Sequence record: SRR2962707_2065
Direction: 5' to 3' (one strand)
DNA length: 43,603 bases
Positions within the stretch are counted from its first letter, which is position 1, and every line of letters starts with the position of its first letter. Of this stretch, positions 27,373 to 36,997 are shown piece by piece. A model generated the notes under the pieces. The model was given only the letters and a program-made list of their open reading frames with translations. It was not told the DNA's origin and did not search any database. The position numbers were made by a program, and so were the translations under genes.

Positions 27373-28739
27373 GTGATCCATGCCTCATAGGGTCCGGCGC
27401 TGGCTTTTCTGGCGACCGAGTTGATGCGGCTGGACCTGTTGTGCGGGAAATCGCTCGCCAAGGAGGCGGCACGATTATCTTCGAAACGATTGGCGAGCGC
27501 ACCCTTGCGCTTGGCCAACTTGCTCGCGCGTCAAACCCCGATTTGGGTTATGAACCACTATTGGAGCAGATGCTGCGTCCAATTTTGCGTGAAGCGATTG
27601 AAGGACGCGTAGCAATTGTCGGTAACTTTGGCTGCGCTAATCCTCAGGCGGCCGCTAAATGCGTTGCCAACTTGTGTATCGAATTAGGGTTAGACTTGCC
27701 AAAAATCGCCATTGTTGAAGGCGACAACATTCTTTCCAAAATCAAACCTAATGAGATACTCCCTTGGCCTGAAGACAAAGCAATGCCTGCGCCTCCTGGA
27801 TCTATGGTTTCGGCCAATGCCTATATCGGCGCATGCGCAATCGCCGAAGCATTGCGTGCTGGAGCACAAATCGTAGTTTCCGGACGTGTCGCCGATCCTG
27901 CCCTTGTGTTAGGGCCGCTTGTTGCCCATCACGGGTGGGATTGGAATGATCTTGACCGTATCGCCGCAGGAACACTTGCAGGACATCTTCTAGAATGCGG
28001 CAGCCAAGTCAGCGGCGGTTATTTTGCCGATCCGAAATTCAAAGACGTGCCTAACATGGCAGAAATTGGATTTCCAATTGGCAAGATAGATGAAGACGGT
28101 ACGCTCGAAATTTTCAAAGCGCCAAATACAGGTGGGCGCATAGATAGAATGACCGTAATTGAGCAACTGCTTTATGAGGTGCATGATCCTGCTGCTTACA
28201 TAACGCCCGATGTCATACTCGACATTACGGGCGTAACAATAGAGGAAATCGCGCCTGACCGTGTCCGCGTAAAAGGCGCCAAAGGCAAAACACGGCCAGA
28301 TTATCTTAAAGCGACACTAGGCTATCAAGGCGACTGGCTGGGCGAAGCAGAAATTTCATATGCCGGTCCAGGCTGCGTGAAACGCGCAAAGCTCGCCGCA
28401 GACATAATCAAAGAGCGTTTGCGCATTCGAAAAATTGAGCCGATTGCCCTCCGATTTGACCTCATCGGCGTCACATCCAGCTTTGATGATGATGCAGGTA
28501 CTTTTTCTTCAAATTTCCACTCCGACGAAAATCCAGAGGTGCGCCTTCGCCTAGCTGTGCGCACGAAGACAAAGGCAGAGGCCGAAGCCTGCGCACAAGA
28601 AGTGCTGGCTCTTTATTGCTGCGGACCTGCAGGCGGCGGCGGTGTGCGCTCTTCAGTCAAGAGCCGTGTCGAAACGCGTTCATGCCTTGTCTCCCGCGAA
28701 CTCGCCGTTGAAAGCTTTACTTTTTACACAAATAACTAA
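27369..28739 (+). CDS. Acyclic terpene utilization AtuA family protein (DUF1446-like)
   Basis: IGSGAGFSGDR, FETIGERT, ANAYIG, GRVADP, GHLLECG, EQLLYE and GPAGGGG. Confidence 0.9.
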   Translation: MSDPCLIGSGAGFSGDRVDAAGPVVREIARQGGGTIIFETIGERTLALGQLARASNPDLGYEPLLEQMLRPILREAIEGRVAIVGNFGCANPQAAAKCVANLCIELGLDLPKIAIVEGDNILSKIKPNEILPWPEDKAMPAPPGSMVSANAYIGACAIAEALRAGAQIVVSGRVADPALVLGPLVAHHGWDWNDLDRIAAGTLAGHLLECGSQVSGGYFADPKFKDVPNMAEIGFPIGKIDEDGTLEIFKAPNTGGRIDRMTVIEQLLYEVHDPAAYITPDVILDITGVTIEEIAPDRVRVKGAKGKTRPDYLKATLGYQGDWLGEAEISYAGPGCVKRAKLAADIIKERLRIRKIEPIALRFDLIGVTSSFDDDAGTFSSNFHSDENPEVRLRLAVRTKTKAEAEACAQEVLALYCCGPAGGGGVRSSVKSRVETRSCLVSRELAVESFTFYTNN

Positions 28740-29038
28740 TTTCAATATTGCTCAGGGAAAGAACTATTTACTTTGAGCATTTGAATCAAATTACTCCAGT
28801 CAAACCAATGCAAGCTTGCATCGAAGTCCGTCGTCAAAGTTTTTTCAACAGATTCCAGCTTGAATTAAATGAGAGCCTAACTCACCGTTTTTTTCAAAAT
28901 TATGCCGCCCGCGAAGCGCGCCCTAGTTGAGCTGTTTGCATTTGATCCCGAAGGGATGATGCATAGAATGACTACCGCCCCAAAATGCATTCAGTGAACT
29001 TTATTCTCGCATTTTGGCTTGAGCTCCAAAATAGGCTT

Positions 29039-29065
29039 TGAATAGCCCCGAGTTTCCTAGACACC
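29039..29065. mobile_element. Solitary IS3-family-like terminal inverted repeat (IS scar)
   Basis: TGAATAGCCCCGAGTTTCCTAGACACC resembles the TGAAnnGCCCCGGGTTTnnnnGA ends of IS3/IS51-group elements. I saw no transposase or partner IR. Confidence 0.6.
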
Positions 29066-29120
29066 ATGGGGTTTCATTTTTTCTATTTCTCATTCAGTTT
29101 TCTAGAAGCTCCCAAAAGGC

Positions 29121-29450
29121 TTAGCGCATAGGCGAAAACGATGTTGGTGCAAGAAAGCTATTCGAGATAACAGCCACAACTTCACCATACTCTTTTTGGT
29201 GAGCAGCACGCGCTTCAACCCATTCAGGATCGCTGGCAAATTCGTTCCAAAGACGCTCACGTTCTTCCATAGAATCCCAAGCCAGAATATAGGTTAGGTC
29301 ATGATTGGATTCACCCACGAGCGTTGTAAAAAATGCGACCGGGCGCAACCCAATCCGCTCCCATATAGCCAAAGTCGCCTTCTCGAACCGCTGTAAGAGC
29401 TGTGGCATGCCACCAGGGATACACCTGTAAACACGCATTTCATATATCAT
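29121..29450 (-). CDS. NIPSNAP family protein
   Basis: MIYEMRVY, LTYILAWDSMEERE.W..F..DPEW and FLAPTSFSP. Confidence 0.9.
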   Translation of the reverse strand: MIYEMRVYRCIPGGMPQLLQRFEKATLAIWERIGLRPVAFFTTLVGESNHDLTYILAWDSMEERERLWNEFASDPEWVEARAAHQKEYGEVVAVISNSFLAPTSFSPMR

Positions 29451-29479
29451 GAGAATTCCTTTTCGAAGCGATAGTATTG

Positions 29480-30916
29480 TTAGGCGGCCGTATATGCGGT
29501 TTTAACAGTTGTGAAAAATTCAGCAGCGTAGCGTCCCTGCTCCCGTGAGCCATAACTCGAGGATTTTCGCCCACCAAATGGCACATGAAAATCTACACCT
29601 GCCGTCGGCAGATTGACCATTACCATGCCTGCCTCCGAGTTGCGTTTAAAATGCGTAGAGTGCATTAAGCTGGTCGTCGCAATACCTGCCGACAAGCCAA
29701 AATGTGTATCATTGGCTACGGCAAGAGCCTCATCATAATTCTTCACTGGAATCACAGCTGCTAAAGGCCCGAAAATTTCTTCTCGAGCAATTATCATCTC
29801 ATTTGTACAGTCAGCGAAAAGTGCGGGCATTTGGAAAAAGCCTTCTGTATCTCGCTGCAAACGCATTCCTCCACTCACTAGTCTGGCACCCTCGGCCTCG
29901 CCGATAGCAATATATTTTTCGTTTTGTTTGAGCTGGCTTTCATCAACCACTGGCCCAATTTGGGTGCCTTCAGTTAGAGCATTACCTACCTGCAAATTTT
30001 CCATCTTTTCCGTCAGAGCCGCCAAAAACTGATCGTAGACAGGCTCCTCAACGATGATACGCGACGAGGCAGTACACCGCTGTCCAGTTGAAAAGAAAGC
30101 GCCATTAATTACGCAATCAACAGCGGTATCAAGATTCGCATCAGCCATTACAACGAAGGGATTTTTGCCGCCCATTTCCATTTGAACTTTGCGCATTAAT
30201 TTCGCGGACTCAAGAGCAAGCGCCTGCCCTGTTGCCTGCGAGCCAGTAAAGGTCAAAGCATCTACATCCGCGCTTTCAACAATGGCTTGACCAACGACCG
30301 ATCCGCGTCCCATGACCAGATTCACGACACCATCTGGCAAACCGGCCCGATGCAATATATCGACAAGCGCCCATCCGCATCCCGGCACAAGATCGGCTGG
30401 CTTAAACACAACGGTGTTTCCGTAGCATAATGCTGGAGCTAACTTCCACGCAGGGATAGCAATGGGAAAATTCCACGGAGTAATAATGCCGACAACCCCC
30501 ACAGCTTCGCGAGTGATCTCAACCCCCACACCGGGCCTTATGGAAGGAACGACATCACCTGTTAATCGCAGTGCTTCGCCAGCGAAAAAGTCAAAAATTT
30601 GAGCAGCGCGTATCGTTTCGCCAATACCTTCAGCTAACGTTTTTCCCTCTTCTCGAGACAAAAGGCGTCCTAACTCATTCTTGCGCGCAAGAATTTCATC
30701 TGAAGTTTGGCGCAGGATTGCGTGACGATCCAGTGGAGTAGAACGTGACCAGCTAGGGAACGCGCTTTTGGCTGCAGCGATCGCATCATGGGCTTGCTGC
30801 GCCGATCCGCGCGCATAATGCCCAACTATATCGGACGTGTCGGATGGATTGATATTTGGCGATGCATCTCCCGTAACCCATTCACCGTTAATCAAATTCA
30901 TTTTAGTTTCAGTCAT
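29480..30916 (-). CDS. Aldehyde dehydrogenase, alpha-ketoglutaric semialdehyde dehydrogenase-like
   Basis: TPWNFPIAIPAWK, MEMGGKNP, GQRCTASS and NLPTAGVDFHVPFGG.KSSS.G.REQG. ATG 30916 after GGAG. Confidence 0.9.
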   Translation of the reverse strand: MTETKMNLINGEWVTGDASPNINPSDTSDIVGHYARGSAQQAHDAIAAAKSAFPSWSRSTPLDRHAILRQTSDEILARKNELGRLLSREEGKTLAEGIGETIRAAQIFDFFAGEALRLTGDVVPSIRPGVGVEITREAVGVVGIITPWNFPIAIPAWKLAPALCYGNTVVFKPADLVPGCGWALVDILHRAGLPDGVVNLVMGRGSVVGQAIVESADVDALTFTGSQATGQALALESAKLMRKVQMEMGGKNPFVVMADANLDTAVDCVINGAFFSTGQRCTASSRIIVEEPVYDQFLAALTEKMENLQVGNALTEGTQIGPVVDESQLKQNEKYIAIGEAEGARLVSGGMRLQRDTEGFFQMPALFADCTNEMIIAREEIFGPLAAVIPVKNYDEALAVANDTHFGLSAGIATTSLMHSTHFKRNSEAGMVMVNLPTAGVDFHVPFGGRKSSSYGSREQGRYAAEFFTTVKTAYTAA

Positions 30917-30950
30917 CGTCTTCTCCGGCAAAAAAGTTTGAGATAAAAGA

Positions 30951-31325
30951 TTAGCCGCTAATTAAAGCGCTCTGATCGGAGTAACGAACTGTGAAAGTCA
31001 TCGCTCCTTCATTCAGCATCCAACGGTTTATGGTATAATTGCGTAAGCCAGCGATATGAAATGGGTCTCTATCCGCGAGCGCGCGGGCTTCCGTTGCATC
31101 CTTGGCACGAACGATAATCATGCCGCCATATGGAATGGTCTCACCTTCATTAAACAGTGGACCAGCACCAAATAAAATTCCATCTTGTTCCATCTTGATC
31201 TGATAATCAAGATGCGCGGGAAGCACTTCTTGCATGCCCGGCGCGCGTGCGGGTGTCGTCGTGATAACATAGAGCGACTGGCGCAGCATAGTTGCATAGA
31301 GATCTTCTGGTTTTACCGCCGTCAT
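30951..31325 (-). CDS. YciI family protein
   Basis: AHLDYQ, GAGPL, GMIIVRA and DPFH motifs. Confidence 0.85.
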   Translation of the reverse strand: MTAVKPEDLYATMLRQSLYVITTTPARAPGMQEVLPAHLDYQIKMEQDGILFGAGPLFNEGETIPYGGMIIVRAKDATEARALADRDPFHIAGLRNYTINRWMLNEGAMTFTVRYSDQSALISG

Positions 31326-31354
31326 GGCCCAATTCCAATCCATTTAAAATGATG

Positions 31355-31383
31355 AAAGCCCGCTAACTTTAGGCTGGCGGGCT
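31355..31383 (-). terminator. Hairpin downstream of tctC
   Basis: Minus strand AGCCCGCCAGC-CTAAA-GTTAGCGGGCT followed by a short T run. Confidence 0.6.
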
Positions 31384-31392
31384 GGGTTTATT

Positions 31393-32355
31393 TTAGCGTT
31401 TTTCGATGCCTGCCGAGTTTATAACATCGGTCCAAACTGCGATCTGGCTTTCAATGAGCGCCTTCAATTCTTCACCGCTTGATCCACCCGGTTTAGCACC
31501 CAAAGCGGCTATTTTTTCGCTAGTATCAGGATTAGCAAGCGCTGCATGAATTTCGCTACGGATACGATCTGCAATAGCGTCAGGCACGCCTGCTGGCATC
31601 CCAATCGCGGTCCAAGAAACGACCTCGAAACCAGGCGATACTGTTTCTGCAATGGTTGGAACGTCAGGTAAATCCGGCCAGCGATCCTTTGAGGTAACAG
31701 CGAGAATATCATAAACACCCGCGTCCGCTTGCCCCGTAATCACAGTGCCAGCATCGATAATCAAATCGACCTCGCCGCCCATAAGCGCGGTACTTGCAGC
31801 AGCGCCACCTTTATAAGGCACCTGAACAAACTTTGCGCCAGTGCGCAATGCGAGAAGTTCACCAGTCAAATGCTGTGTAGAGCCAACACCAGAATGGCCG
31901 ATTTTGATTGTACCGGGTGCCGCTTTAGCAGCCTCAATCAGCGCATTCAAAGACTCGTACTTACCCGCACGTGCAGCCACCATAAATGGGAACTGGCCTA
32001 AGGTCGAAATGAATGTAAAGCCGTCGACGGATTCATATGGCAAACTTTTATAAAGTGCCGCTGCAACGGCGTGACCGCCCACCATTAACTGCATTGTATA
32101 ACCGTCAGGAGCCTGTTGTGAGACATAGCCTGAAGCCACAGTGCCGCCAGCGCCCGGTCGAGATTCAACCACCACCGGTTGACCCAGACTTTTAGACATT
32201 GATTCAGCAAGAATGCGTGACACCGTATCAGCATTGCCACCCGCACCGAAACCATGAACAATCCTCAAAGCACGGTTTGGAAAATCATCTTGCGCAGCTG
32301 CAGGTAGTGTCAGCGCGACCATTAATGGTAGCGCCATGAGTAGTTTTTTAATCAT
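31393..32355 (-). CDS. tctC: Tripartite tricarboxylate transporter substrate-binding protein (TctC/Bug family)
   Basis: FP.RALRIVHGFGAGG..D, RPGAGG, APDGYT, VPYKGG and PDVPT. Signal peptide and GGGAGG RBS. Confidence 0.9.
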   Translation of the reverse strand: MIKKLLMALPLMVALTLPAAAQDDFPNRALRIVHGFGAGGNADTVSRILAESMSKSLGQPVVVESRPGAGGTVASGYVSQQAPDGYTMQLMVGGHAVAAALYKSLPYESVDGFTFISTLGQFPFMVAARAGKYESLNALIEAAKAAPGTIKIGHSGVGSTQHLTGELLALRTGAKFVQVPYKGGAAASTALMGGEVDLIIDAGTVITGQADAGVYDILAVTSKDRWPDLPDVPTIAETVSPGFEVVSWTAIGMPAGVPDAIADRIRSEIHAALANPDTSEKIAALGAKPGGSSGEELKALIESQIAVWTDVINSAGIEKR

Positions 32356-32440
32356 AGTCTTCCTCCCAGTTGATGAAGCCCTTATTTCAACAATTTGGCC
32401 CTGGGCTTTTGTAGGGCCTACTATTCAATCGAATGTCTGA

Positions 32441-33925
32441 TCAGACAGTATTTCTTCGAGCAGAAATCCCCGACCAGATCGCAAAGATGATCAAAAGAGC
32501 CGAGCATATTACCAAAACCGCACTAATCGGTCGGGTAAGAAAAATGGTGAAGTCACCGTTATAAAGAATCATTGTGCGGCGGAAATTGTCTTCCAACAGT
32601 GGACCCAGAACGAAGCCTAAAAGCACCGGTGCCGGCTCGAACCGATAATTCTTCATGAAGTAGCCTAAGACGCCAAAAACGAGGGTCAGCACGACATCAG
32701 TGACACTTGTTCTAAAGGAATAGACGCCCACACAGATCATTAAAATAATTACTGGATAGAGCTTCTGATAAGGAATCCGCAACAACAGAACCCAAACCTT
32801 GATAAGCGGGATATTGATCAGCAGCAAAATTATATTGCCCACAAAAAAACTAGCGATCACACCCCAAAAGAGCTCAGGTTGATCAACCATAAGTCGAGGT
32901 CCAGGAATGATGCCATTGAGGATCAAAGCGCCAATAATCAGCGCCATGACCGCATCACCAGGAATGCCTAGAGTAAGTGTGGGGATGAACCCAGTTTGGG
33001 CAGCAGCGTTGTTTGCTGATTCCGGTGCAGCTATGCCCGGCAAATGACCCTTACCAAATTTTTCTGGCGTGCGTGAAAAACGCTTCTCCATCGCATAAGA
33101 CATGAACGATGCAATCGCAGCACCAGTGCCGGGCAAAGCACCGAAAAAGCTGCCTATGATCGAGCCGCGCACGATGGGAAAGACCAATTGCCGAGCCTCT
33201 GCCCGTGTTGGAAAAATATCGCGCATTGAAACGGATAAAGATGGACCCGATGAACTGGGACGAGAAGCATTGCGAATGATTTCACTGACGCCGAACAAGC
33301 CCATAGCCAAGGACACAAGGCTGATACCATCGGCCAATTCGGGCATTGCAACAAACCGGTAGTAACCAGTTGTTGCATCTGCACCTACTAAGCCTATTGC
33401 AACGCCCAATACGACCATTGCAAAGGACCGAATTTGCGAGCCGGTACCGATGAGTGATGCAGCAAGCAAACCAAGGATAACAAGCATTGCGTACTCAGGC
33501 GCGCCGAATTTCAACGCAATTATAGTCATTGGGATCGCGGCAAGCACCAGAATAGAAACCCCGACCATTCCGCCGATAAATGACGATCCTGCGGCAACAA
33601 ACAAGGCGAGCCCAGCACGATTGCTCTGCGCCAATGGGTAGCCATCAATACAAGTAACCACTGATGAAGGCGTCCCTGGTAAGTTCAGTAAGATGGACGC
33701 AATCGATCCACCATATTGAGACCCATAGTAGATGCCAGCAAGCATGATCATCGAGGTCGTCGCATCGAGGTAAAAAGTTACCGGTAGGAGCAGGGAAATC
33801 GCTGTGATTGCGCCGATCCCAGGCAACACACCAATAAGCTGCCCGATAAAAACGCCAACAAAAGCATAAAGCAATATATGGGGCTGCATAACGACGGAAA
33901 GGCCGAATAAGAATTGATCAATCAC
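32441..33925 (-). CDS. tctA: Tripartite tricarboxylate transporter large permease TctA
   Basis: GVLPGIG, YGGSIASILLNLPG, APESANNA and PTLTLGIPG. Probable start is GTG 33925 after GGAG (the ORF track starts at 33937). Confidence 0.93.
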   Translation of the reverse strand: MIDQFLFGLSVVMQPHILLYAFVGVFIGQLIGVLPGIGAITAISLLLPVTFYLDATTSMIMLAGIYYGSQYGGSIASILLNLPGTPSSVVTCIDGYPLAQSNRAGLALFVAAGSSFIGGMVGVSILVLAAIPMTIIALKFGAPEYAMLVILGLLAASLIGTGSQIRSFAMVVLGVAIGLVGADATTGYYRFVAMPELADGISLVSLAMGLFGVSEIIRNASRPSSSGPSLSVSMRDIFPTRAEARQLVFPIVRGSIIGSFFGALPGTGAAIASFMSYAMEKRFSRTPEKFGKGHLPGIAAPESANNAAAQTGFIPTLTLGIPGDAVMALIIGALILNGIIPGPRLMVDQPELFWGVIASFFVGNIILLLINIPLIKVWVLLLRIPYQKLYPVIILMICVGVYSFRTSVTDVVLTLVFGVLGYFMKNYRFEPAPVLLGFVLGPLLEDNFRRTMILYNGDFTIFLTRPISAVLVICSALLIIFAIWSGISARRNTV

Positions 33926-33927
33926 GA

Positions 33928-34392
33928 CTATCTCCAAAATGCTGGTATGGGCAACTCAAGCACCACGAGGAACAACAGCCAACCTGCTAAGGTTGAGAGG
34001 CTCGCGTAAATCAATGCCGTTAGAATTTTTGCTTTATCATCCGCAAACATTGACACGAAAACGGAGACAAACATTGAAGGCACAAGGCCGAGAAAATCCA
34101 CAAGGAGAGCAAAAGCAATTATCGCTGTTGAAACGAAAATCAGACCGCGTAAATGCATTGCTCCGGCGCGTTGAATTTGCAGCGTAGTCACATCAATAAA
34201 AATCATCAAAAGCGACAAAACGCATATCAAGAAGCCCACAACCCGAGGAATAAACCCTGGCCCCATTTGTGAGACTGTGCCTGCCGGATAGCCCCAAGAA
34301 AAGTACAACATGACCATACCAACGGCTAAAATCAGACTACCGCTTACAGCGCGCCTCGCTTTCGACTGTTGATCTTGATTTGCAGTTTGCAT
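33928..34392 (-). CDS. tctB: Tripartite tricarboxylate transporter small permease TctB
   Basis: MGPGFIP motif and 4-5 TM helices. ATG 34392 after GGGAGG. Confidence 0.88.
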   Translation of the reverse strand: MQTANQDQQSKARRAVSGSLILAVGMVMLYFSWGYPAGTVSQMGPGFIPRVVGFLICVLSLLMIFIDVTTLQIQRAGAMHLRGLIFVSTAIIAFALLVDFLGLVPSMFVSVFVSMFADDKAKILTALIYASLSTLAGWLLFLVVLELPIPAFWR

Positions 34393-34430
34393 CGTTGTTC
34401 CTCCCAAGAACGTTGAAGACTGTAGTAAAT

Positions 34431-35480
34431 TTACGTGTATTGACCTGCTGGTTCTGAAATCGAAATGAGCGGCGGTACATCAAACCTCTCGGCCACATCA
34501 GCCAAACGTTTAAGTGTTCCCTCAGCAAGCGGAATGCCCGAATTCATGCGCTCGGCAGATAAGCGAAATCCTCTTTCGCCTGGCATTAAAATTTCATTCG
34601 TACCAATGGCCTTCGGTAGTTTTTTAAGTTGCGCAGCCAAATTTGCGATGTGCTGAGCGAAGACATCCGACGGACCAAAAGCGTCGACCTTGATCGCCAA
34701 TGCAACTCCATTCATCGCACCTATGCCGCCCGATAAAACGGACGAGATCACAGGGTTCGAAACAAGTACACTTGCCAAGACTTCGATCATCAAAGATAAC
34801 CCCGAGCCTTTAGGTCCCCCAAGAGGTGTTAATGTGGTTGCATCAGCCGCATTGGTGGCAGGAGCCCCATTCACATCAATCGCCGAACCTTCAGGAAGTG
34901 CAGCGCCAGTGTCTCTAGCATGCAAGATTTTACCCAGCGCTACCGTCGAAGTAGACATATCGAGGAGCAAAGGCATTCCCGTGCATGGCACAGCGATAGA
35001 AATTGGATTTGTGGATAACCCAGCAACGCGCGCGCCATGATAAGCCATCAATGGACCTGACGCCGTCATCACAATTCCAAGGCACCCTTTTTCAGCGGCC
35101 CTCAATGCAAAATAACCAACTGCACCCGCATGCGTAATATTACGCGCAGAGCACCAACCAATATTGTAACGGTTTGCAATATCAATGGCAGTATCAATCG
35201 CGCTTACCATAGCAGATGGGCCAGGAGCTCGCCCAGCTTCTAAAACCGCAATAGCGCCTTCCTGATTTATCAGTTTAGGTTCTGCGACTGGATCAATCAT
35301 CCCTGCTTCAATCATCTCGATATAGCGCGGAATTCGAAGGACCCCATGTGAATCAGCCCCACGAGCATTTGCCCAGACAAGAATGTCAGCTGTACGATCT
35401 GCATGGACAGAAGAATATCCACCCGCTTGCAATATTTCCTTTGCATAAGCTTTCAAATCATCTGGGCGAAATAACATCAT
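34431..35480 (-). CDS. Ldh_2 (type 2 malate/L-lactate dehydrogenase family) oxidoreductase
   Basis: GADSHG, HAGA.GY, TNPISIA, LDMSTS, GGPKGSGL and MPGE. Confidence 0.92.
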   Translation of the reverse strand: MMLFRPDDLKAYAKEILQAGGYSSVHADRTADILVWANARGADSHGVLRIPRYIEMIEAGMIDPVAEPKLINQEGAIAVLEAGRAPGPSAMVSAIDTAIDIANRYNIGWCSARNITHAGAVGYFALRAAEKGCLGIVMTASGPLMAYHGARVAGLSTNPISIAVPCTGMPLLLDMSTSTVALGKILHARDTGAALPEGSAIDVNGAPATNAADATTLTPLGGPKGSGLSLMIEVLASVLVSNPVISSVLSGGIGAMNGVALAIKVDAFGPSDVFAQHIANLAAQLKKLPKAIGTNEILMPGERGFRLSAERMNSGIPLAEGTLKRLADVAERFDVPPLISISEPAGQYT

Positions 35481-36364
35481 GTGTCATCGCTCAGAGTTGT
35501 TGGGAAGTGCTTTTTGAGCCATGCCGAGATCAGCGCCGTAGTATGGGGAGCATCTTCATCAGACAGCGGGAAATGAGAAACCCCCGTTGGAATCATTAGT
35601 TCGGCATTTGCTCCCGCTCTTTGGAAAAGACTAATGGATTGTTCCATTGGAGTTATTACATCCCCAGCGGTGTGAAACAGTAGGAGTGGACGCGGCGCGA
35701 TATCGGCGACGACATCATCCGCCCTAAAGTTATACATGCTAATGCCAGTCTCGACTGGAACCTCAAACTGCGCGTGTGGAGACAAATTCTTGCGCAATTC
35801 TTCAGGGATAGGCACTAAGTCAAATCGCGAAACCCAGAGACTTTCGCCGGTTTCAGCTCTATGTTTACGGCCTTTTTCGAGGATCGCCGTAAACTTAGCC
35901 CAAGCTTCTGGTGTCGGATGTTGGCCACGGAATTTCCGCTCACCATCGCCCCAGCCGCATAAAGACACAACGCAAGCTACCCGCTGATCAACGCCACCTG
36001 TAAAGATCGCAACAGCGGCACCAAAGCTGTGGCCTGTTAGAGCAATTCGCTCTGGATCCACCTCTTCGCGTTGAGCAATAAAAGTTAGCGCATTGCGCGT
36101 ATCAGCCACTTGATCAAAACAACGGACTTCACCGCGGGCGCCCTCGCTTTGACCGCAACCACGAAAATCGATCCGAAAAACACAATACCCCATGTCTTCG
36201 ACCATGCGTGCGACAAGCTCGACATGGGATTTATCTTTGGTTCCTACAAAGCCGTGCAATACGATAAAAGTAGGCAGACGTTGACCTGGTTTGCGCCCTT
36301 TTGGAACATGCAGAACTCCTGATAGCTTAAGGCCATCGGACATAAAGGTTAGATCGTGTTCCAT
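35477..36364 (-). CDS. Alpha/beta-fold hydrolase
   Basis: LHGF, DFRGCGQSEG, GHSFG nucleophile, GDVITP and SHF. ATG 36364 after AAAGGA. Confidence 0.9.
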   Translation of the reverse strand: MEHDLTFMSDGLKLSGVLHVPKGRKPGQRLPTFIVLHGFVGTKDKSHVELVARMVEDMGYCVFRIDFRGCGQSEGARGEVRCFDQVADTRNALTFIAQREEVDPERIALTGHSFGAAVAIFTGGVDQRVACVVSLCGWGDGERKFRGQHPTPEAWAKFTAILEKGRKHRAETGESLWVSRFDLVPIPEELRKNLSPHAQFEVPVETGISMYNFRADDVVADIAPRPLLLFHTAGDVITPMEQSISLFQRAGANAELMIPTGVSHFPLSDEDAPHTTALISAWLKKHFPTTLSDDT

Positions 36365-36392
36365 TTGAAATCCTTTTCTACAGCACGAATAT

Positions 36393-36956
36393 TTACTGAT
36401 TTCCTGCGCCGCAAACGGAGCAGTATGATTTGAATTGTGCGAGATGGCTGCGCAGAAAAGCTTCGGTATCTGCGTTGGTAACGCGCCCTGCCTCCACATC
36501 AACCTTGCCCTTAGCGCCTGCGATTTGAACTTCGGGCTTCGCCATAATTTTCATATCCATGCAGTGCAGCACCTGCCTCAGGCTTTCATGTACGCGAGCG
36601 CCCCCAAGCAAGCCGGGAGAAACGCTCCAAATTGCAACAGGCTTGCCTGCAAGTGGATCGGGCTTAGCGCGCGAAATCCAGTCGATCGCATTTTTCAACC
36701 CACCTGGCACCGACCAATTGTATTCTGGCGTCACGATCAGCAAGGCATCAACACTTGCAACAGCATCGATCAGCACGGCCGCACTTTCCGGCATGCCCGC
36801 GTCCAACACATCTTGATTAAACAGTGAAAGCGTTCCTGGATTAGGCAACATAACGCACGACATGTCGGCTGGCGCGATATCAATTGCTGCGCGCGCAACC
36901 GCCCGTGACAGCGAAGCTTTACGCAGTGACCCTTCAAGAATACCTACTTTAATCAC
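36393..36956 (-). CDS. NAD(P)H-dependent FMN/quinone reductase (ChrR/SsuE-like flavodoxin fold)
   Basis: GSLRKAS, TPEYNWSVPGGLKNAIDWISR and SPGLLGG. Confidence 0.92.
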   Translation of the reverse strand: MIKVGILEGSLRKASLSRAVARAAIDIAPADMSCVMLPNPGTLSLFNQDVLDAGMPESAAVLIDAVASVDALLIVTPEYNWSVPGGLKNAIDWISRAKPDPLAGKPVAIWSVSPGLLGGARVHESLRQVLHCMDMKIMAKPEVQIAGAKGKVDVEAGRVTNADTEAFLRSHLAQFKSYCSVCGAGNQ

Positions 36957-36997
36957 GACTAAGTCCTTTAAAATTAATGGAAAATTTTAGCGCCCTA

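Noticed and set aside
24097-28739. Acyclic terpene (citronellol/geraniol) utilisation pathway
   Set aside because: Only AtuA-like genes are present. The atuB-H equivalents (carboxylase, acyl-CoA dehydrogenase, synthetase) are absent.
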